NCBI GenBank assembly: GCA_965197545.1
Contig: CBDANJ010000005.1
Coordinates: forward strand, 3,311-67,310
DNA from: Dehalococcoidia bacterium
GTDB lineage: Bacteria > Chloroflexota > Dehalococcoidia > Lucifugimonadales > UBA3495
Direction of reading: 5' to 3'
Length of the DNA stretch: 64,000 bases
A model generated the notes under the pieces. The model was not told where the DNA came from and made no database searches. It saw nothing but the letters and a program-made list of their open reading frames with translations. Shown here piece by piece: positions 62,716 through 64,000 of this stretch. The first letter of the stretch is position 1; every line of letters starts with the position of its first letter. The translations under genes were made by a program, and so were the position numbers.

Positions 62716-63636
62716 CTAGCGGCGTGGATGCTTCCCACGCCTCGCCTGGTCGTGCTCGGCGGTGAGTCGGGCAACCGCTTTGGTCCCCGGACGCACATAG
62801 CGCGAGAGCGTCCGGAGGTCTCGATGGCGTGACTTCGCCATGAGCAGGGGCGCCGAGACGCCGTCCTCGCCGAGATGGGTCAGCGCACTGTGGCGAAGTT
62901 GGTGAAGTGTCCATTGCCCTCCCGATGCTTCACGGAACAAAGACCACGCCCGCTGGTAGGACAGCCGCCCCCGGCCGTCGGGGCTTCGATCGAGCTCGGC
63001 CGGAACGACGTTGGGCAGACCCGCGGTCACAAAGAGCGGACCTCGGCGGCGGCCGGCCAGGTAACGGGGGAGGAGCCGTGCCGTCGCCGCGTCCCACACG
63101 ATGATCTCCCGGTGGCCGCCCTTGCCGCTGATCGCCGCACGTTTACGGCCTACATCGAGATTTTCGACGTCCAGGGCGAGGACCTCGCTGGCCCGCGCGG
63201 CCGTTGCGTAGAGCATGCGCCACAGGGCTTTCTCGCGCAGCCCGATATCGGCGCGAGTCCACAGCGTATCGAGCGCCTCGAAGGGGATCGCCCGTGTCTC
63301 ATCCCGCGGGGTGCGACGCCGCTCCAGGCTCGCGGTCGGGTCGCGCTTGAGCCAACCCTGGCGCTGGCAGTAGCCGATAAGAACCCGGGACGCGGCGAGT
63401 CTTGCGTTCCAGGTCGCCGGGGCCGCCTTTCCCCAGCACCGGGTGAGCCAGTGTCGGAGCTTGACGGGGGTGAGGGCCGTGACCGGCATCTCGGTACCGA
63501 ACGCCTGGAGCAGGGAGCCATAGGTTGCTCGATAGGCACGGCGCGTCGCCGGCGCCAGATCACGGTCGGCAAAGAAGGCCTCGACCGCGGCCCCGAGGGT
63601 CGTTTTCGAGGAGTGAAGATGAGCAAGGGAGGCCAT
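62716..63636 (-). CDS. tyrosine site-specific recombinase (XerC/D-like)
   Basis: ..ARASEVLALDVENL.., HQLRHSALTHLGEDG.., RTLSRYVR (R..HxxR..Y). Confidence 0.85.
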   Translation of the reverse strand: MASLAHLHSSKTTLGAAVEAFFADRDLAPATRRAYRATYGSLLQAFGTEMPVTALTPVKLRHWLTRCWGKAAPATWNARLAASRVLIGYCQRQGWLKRDPTASLERRRTPRDETRAIPFEALDTLWTRADIGLREKALWRMLYATAARASEVLALDVENLDVGRKRAAISGKGGHREIIVWDAATARLLPRYLAGRRRGPLFVTAGLPNVVPAELDRSPDGRGRLSYQRAWSLFREASGGQWTLHQLRHSALTHLGEDGVSAPLLMAKSRHRDLRTLSRYVRPGTKAVARLTAEHDQARRGKHPRR

Positions 63637-63774
63637 CGGGGGGTCCCAACGAGAGATAATCCTCAGGGTTCGTTCGGCTCTTCGCGCCCTGACATCCTTG
63701 CGTTACATACAGTCGAGGTGTATTCACAAGAGATACACTAGCGAATTATCTCTCGTAGTTCTAGCCTTCCTCCT

Positions 63775-63983
63775 ATGCCGGTTGATTCCCTCACGACCGC
63801 GCAGGAGCAACGCTACGGCCGCTTCGCCGGCGAGCCCACCCCGAGGACATCGAGCGTCTTTCCCCGCTGGTTCACGAGCACATCAACCTTCACGGGCGCT
63901 ATTACTGCGGCCTGACCGAGGCGCTGCAACGCGGTGAGCTCCGAGCCCTTAGAGACCCGCGAGATGCAATTCAGGAACTCTAA
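63775..63983 (+). pseudogene. tnpA: internally deleted Tn3-family transposase remnant
   Basis: MPVDSLTTAQEQRYGRFAGEPTP (family N-terminus) is joined out of frame to ..DIERLSPLVHEHINLHGRYYCGL..GELRALRDP.. (family C-terminus). Confidence 0.6.
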
Positions 63984-64000
63984 TTGCCCCCGGGACGAGG

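Overview
GC-rich bacterial window that reads as a heavily rearranged plasmid/ICE mosaic rather than ordinary chromosome. The taxon cannot be fixed from sequence alone; the cargo looks like a Gram-negative of acidobacterial or planctomycete type. What I can support: (1) Three long RepA_C-type replication initiator genes (4411, truncated; 33322; 59101), at least five short repA fragments, and six copies or fragments of one oriV skeleton. Where iterons are present, three different iteron sequences occur. (2) Three small ParA / ribbon-helix-helix partition modules, one reduced to a 5' stub. (3) Transfer remnants: a T4SS coupling protein, a frameshifted VirB11-like ATPase, MobC plus relaxase, and a relaxase 3' remnant. 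(4) TA modules: higBA (two; one toxin is frameshifted in a C9 run), mazEF, vapBC, an orphan Phd-like antitoxin and an orphan RHH protein. (5) Mobile DNA: IS3 (with a G_GGA_AAC -1 frameshift signal), IS30, a decayed IS5, IS200/IS605 (TnpA+TnpB), a truncated IS110, IS481, two IS6, a minimal 3.8-kb Tn3-family transposon, IS3 end fragments, and a 130-bp MITE with IS6-like termini (2 full copies plus 1 partial). (6) Cargo: TonB-dependent receptor, two tandem-Cache paralogs, SNF transporter, two OM beta-barrels, HU, truncated lgt, a 909-aa all-coiled-coil protein, and a cluster of paralogous secreted proteins. (7) A three-repeat type I-E-like CRISPR remnant (exact 61-nt phasing) split by the IS481, with no cas genes in the window. 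Most interesting unexplained signal: a roughly 330-aa gene family (two full copies, one fragment). One copy lies directly upstream of the coupling-protein gene. Each copy is followed by a noncoding module with an invariant C8-TTTGTCCC core, bracketed by four short sites at fixed 23/24-bp spacing. The sequence of these sites is completely different in each copy, but the inner pair always stays complementary. No tRNA or rRNA was recognised by eye. All coordinates of noncoding elements were derived by hand.
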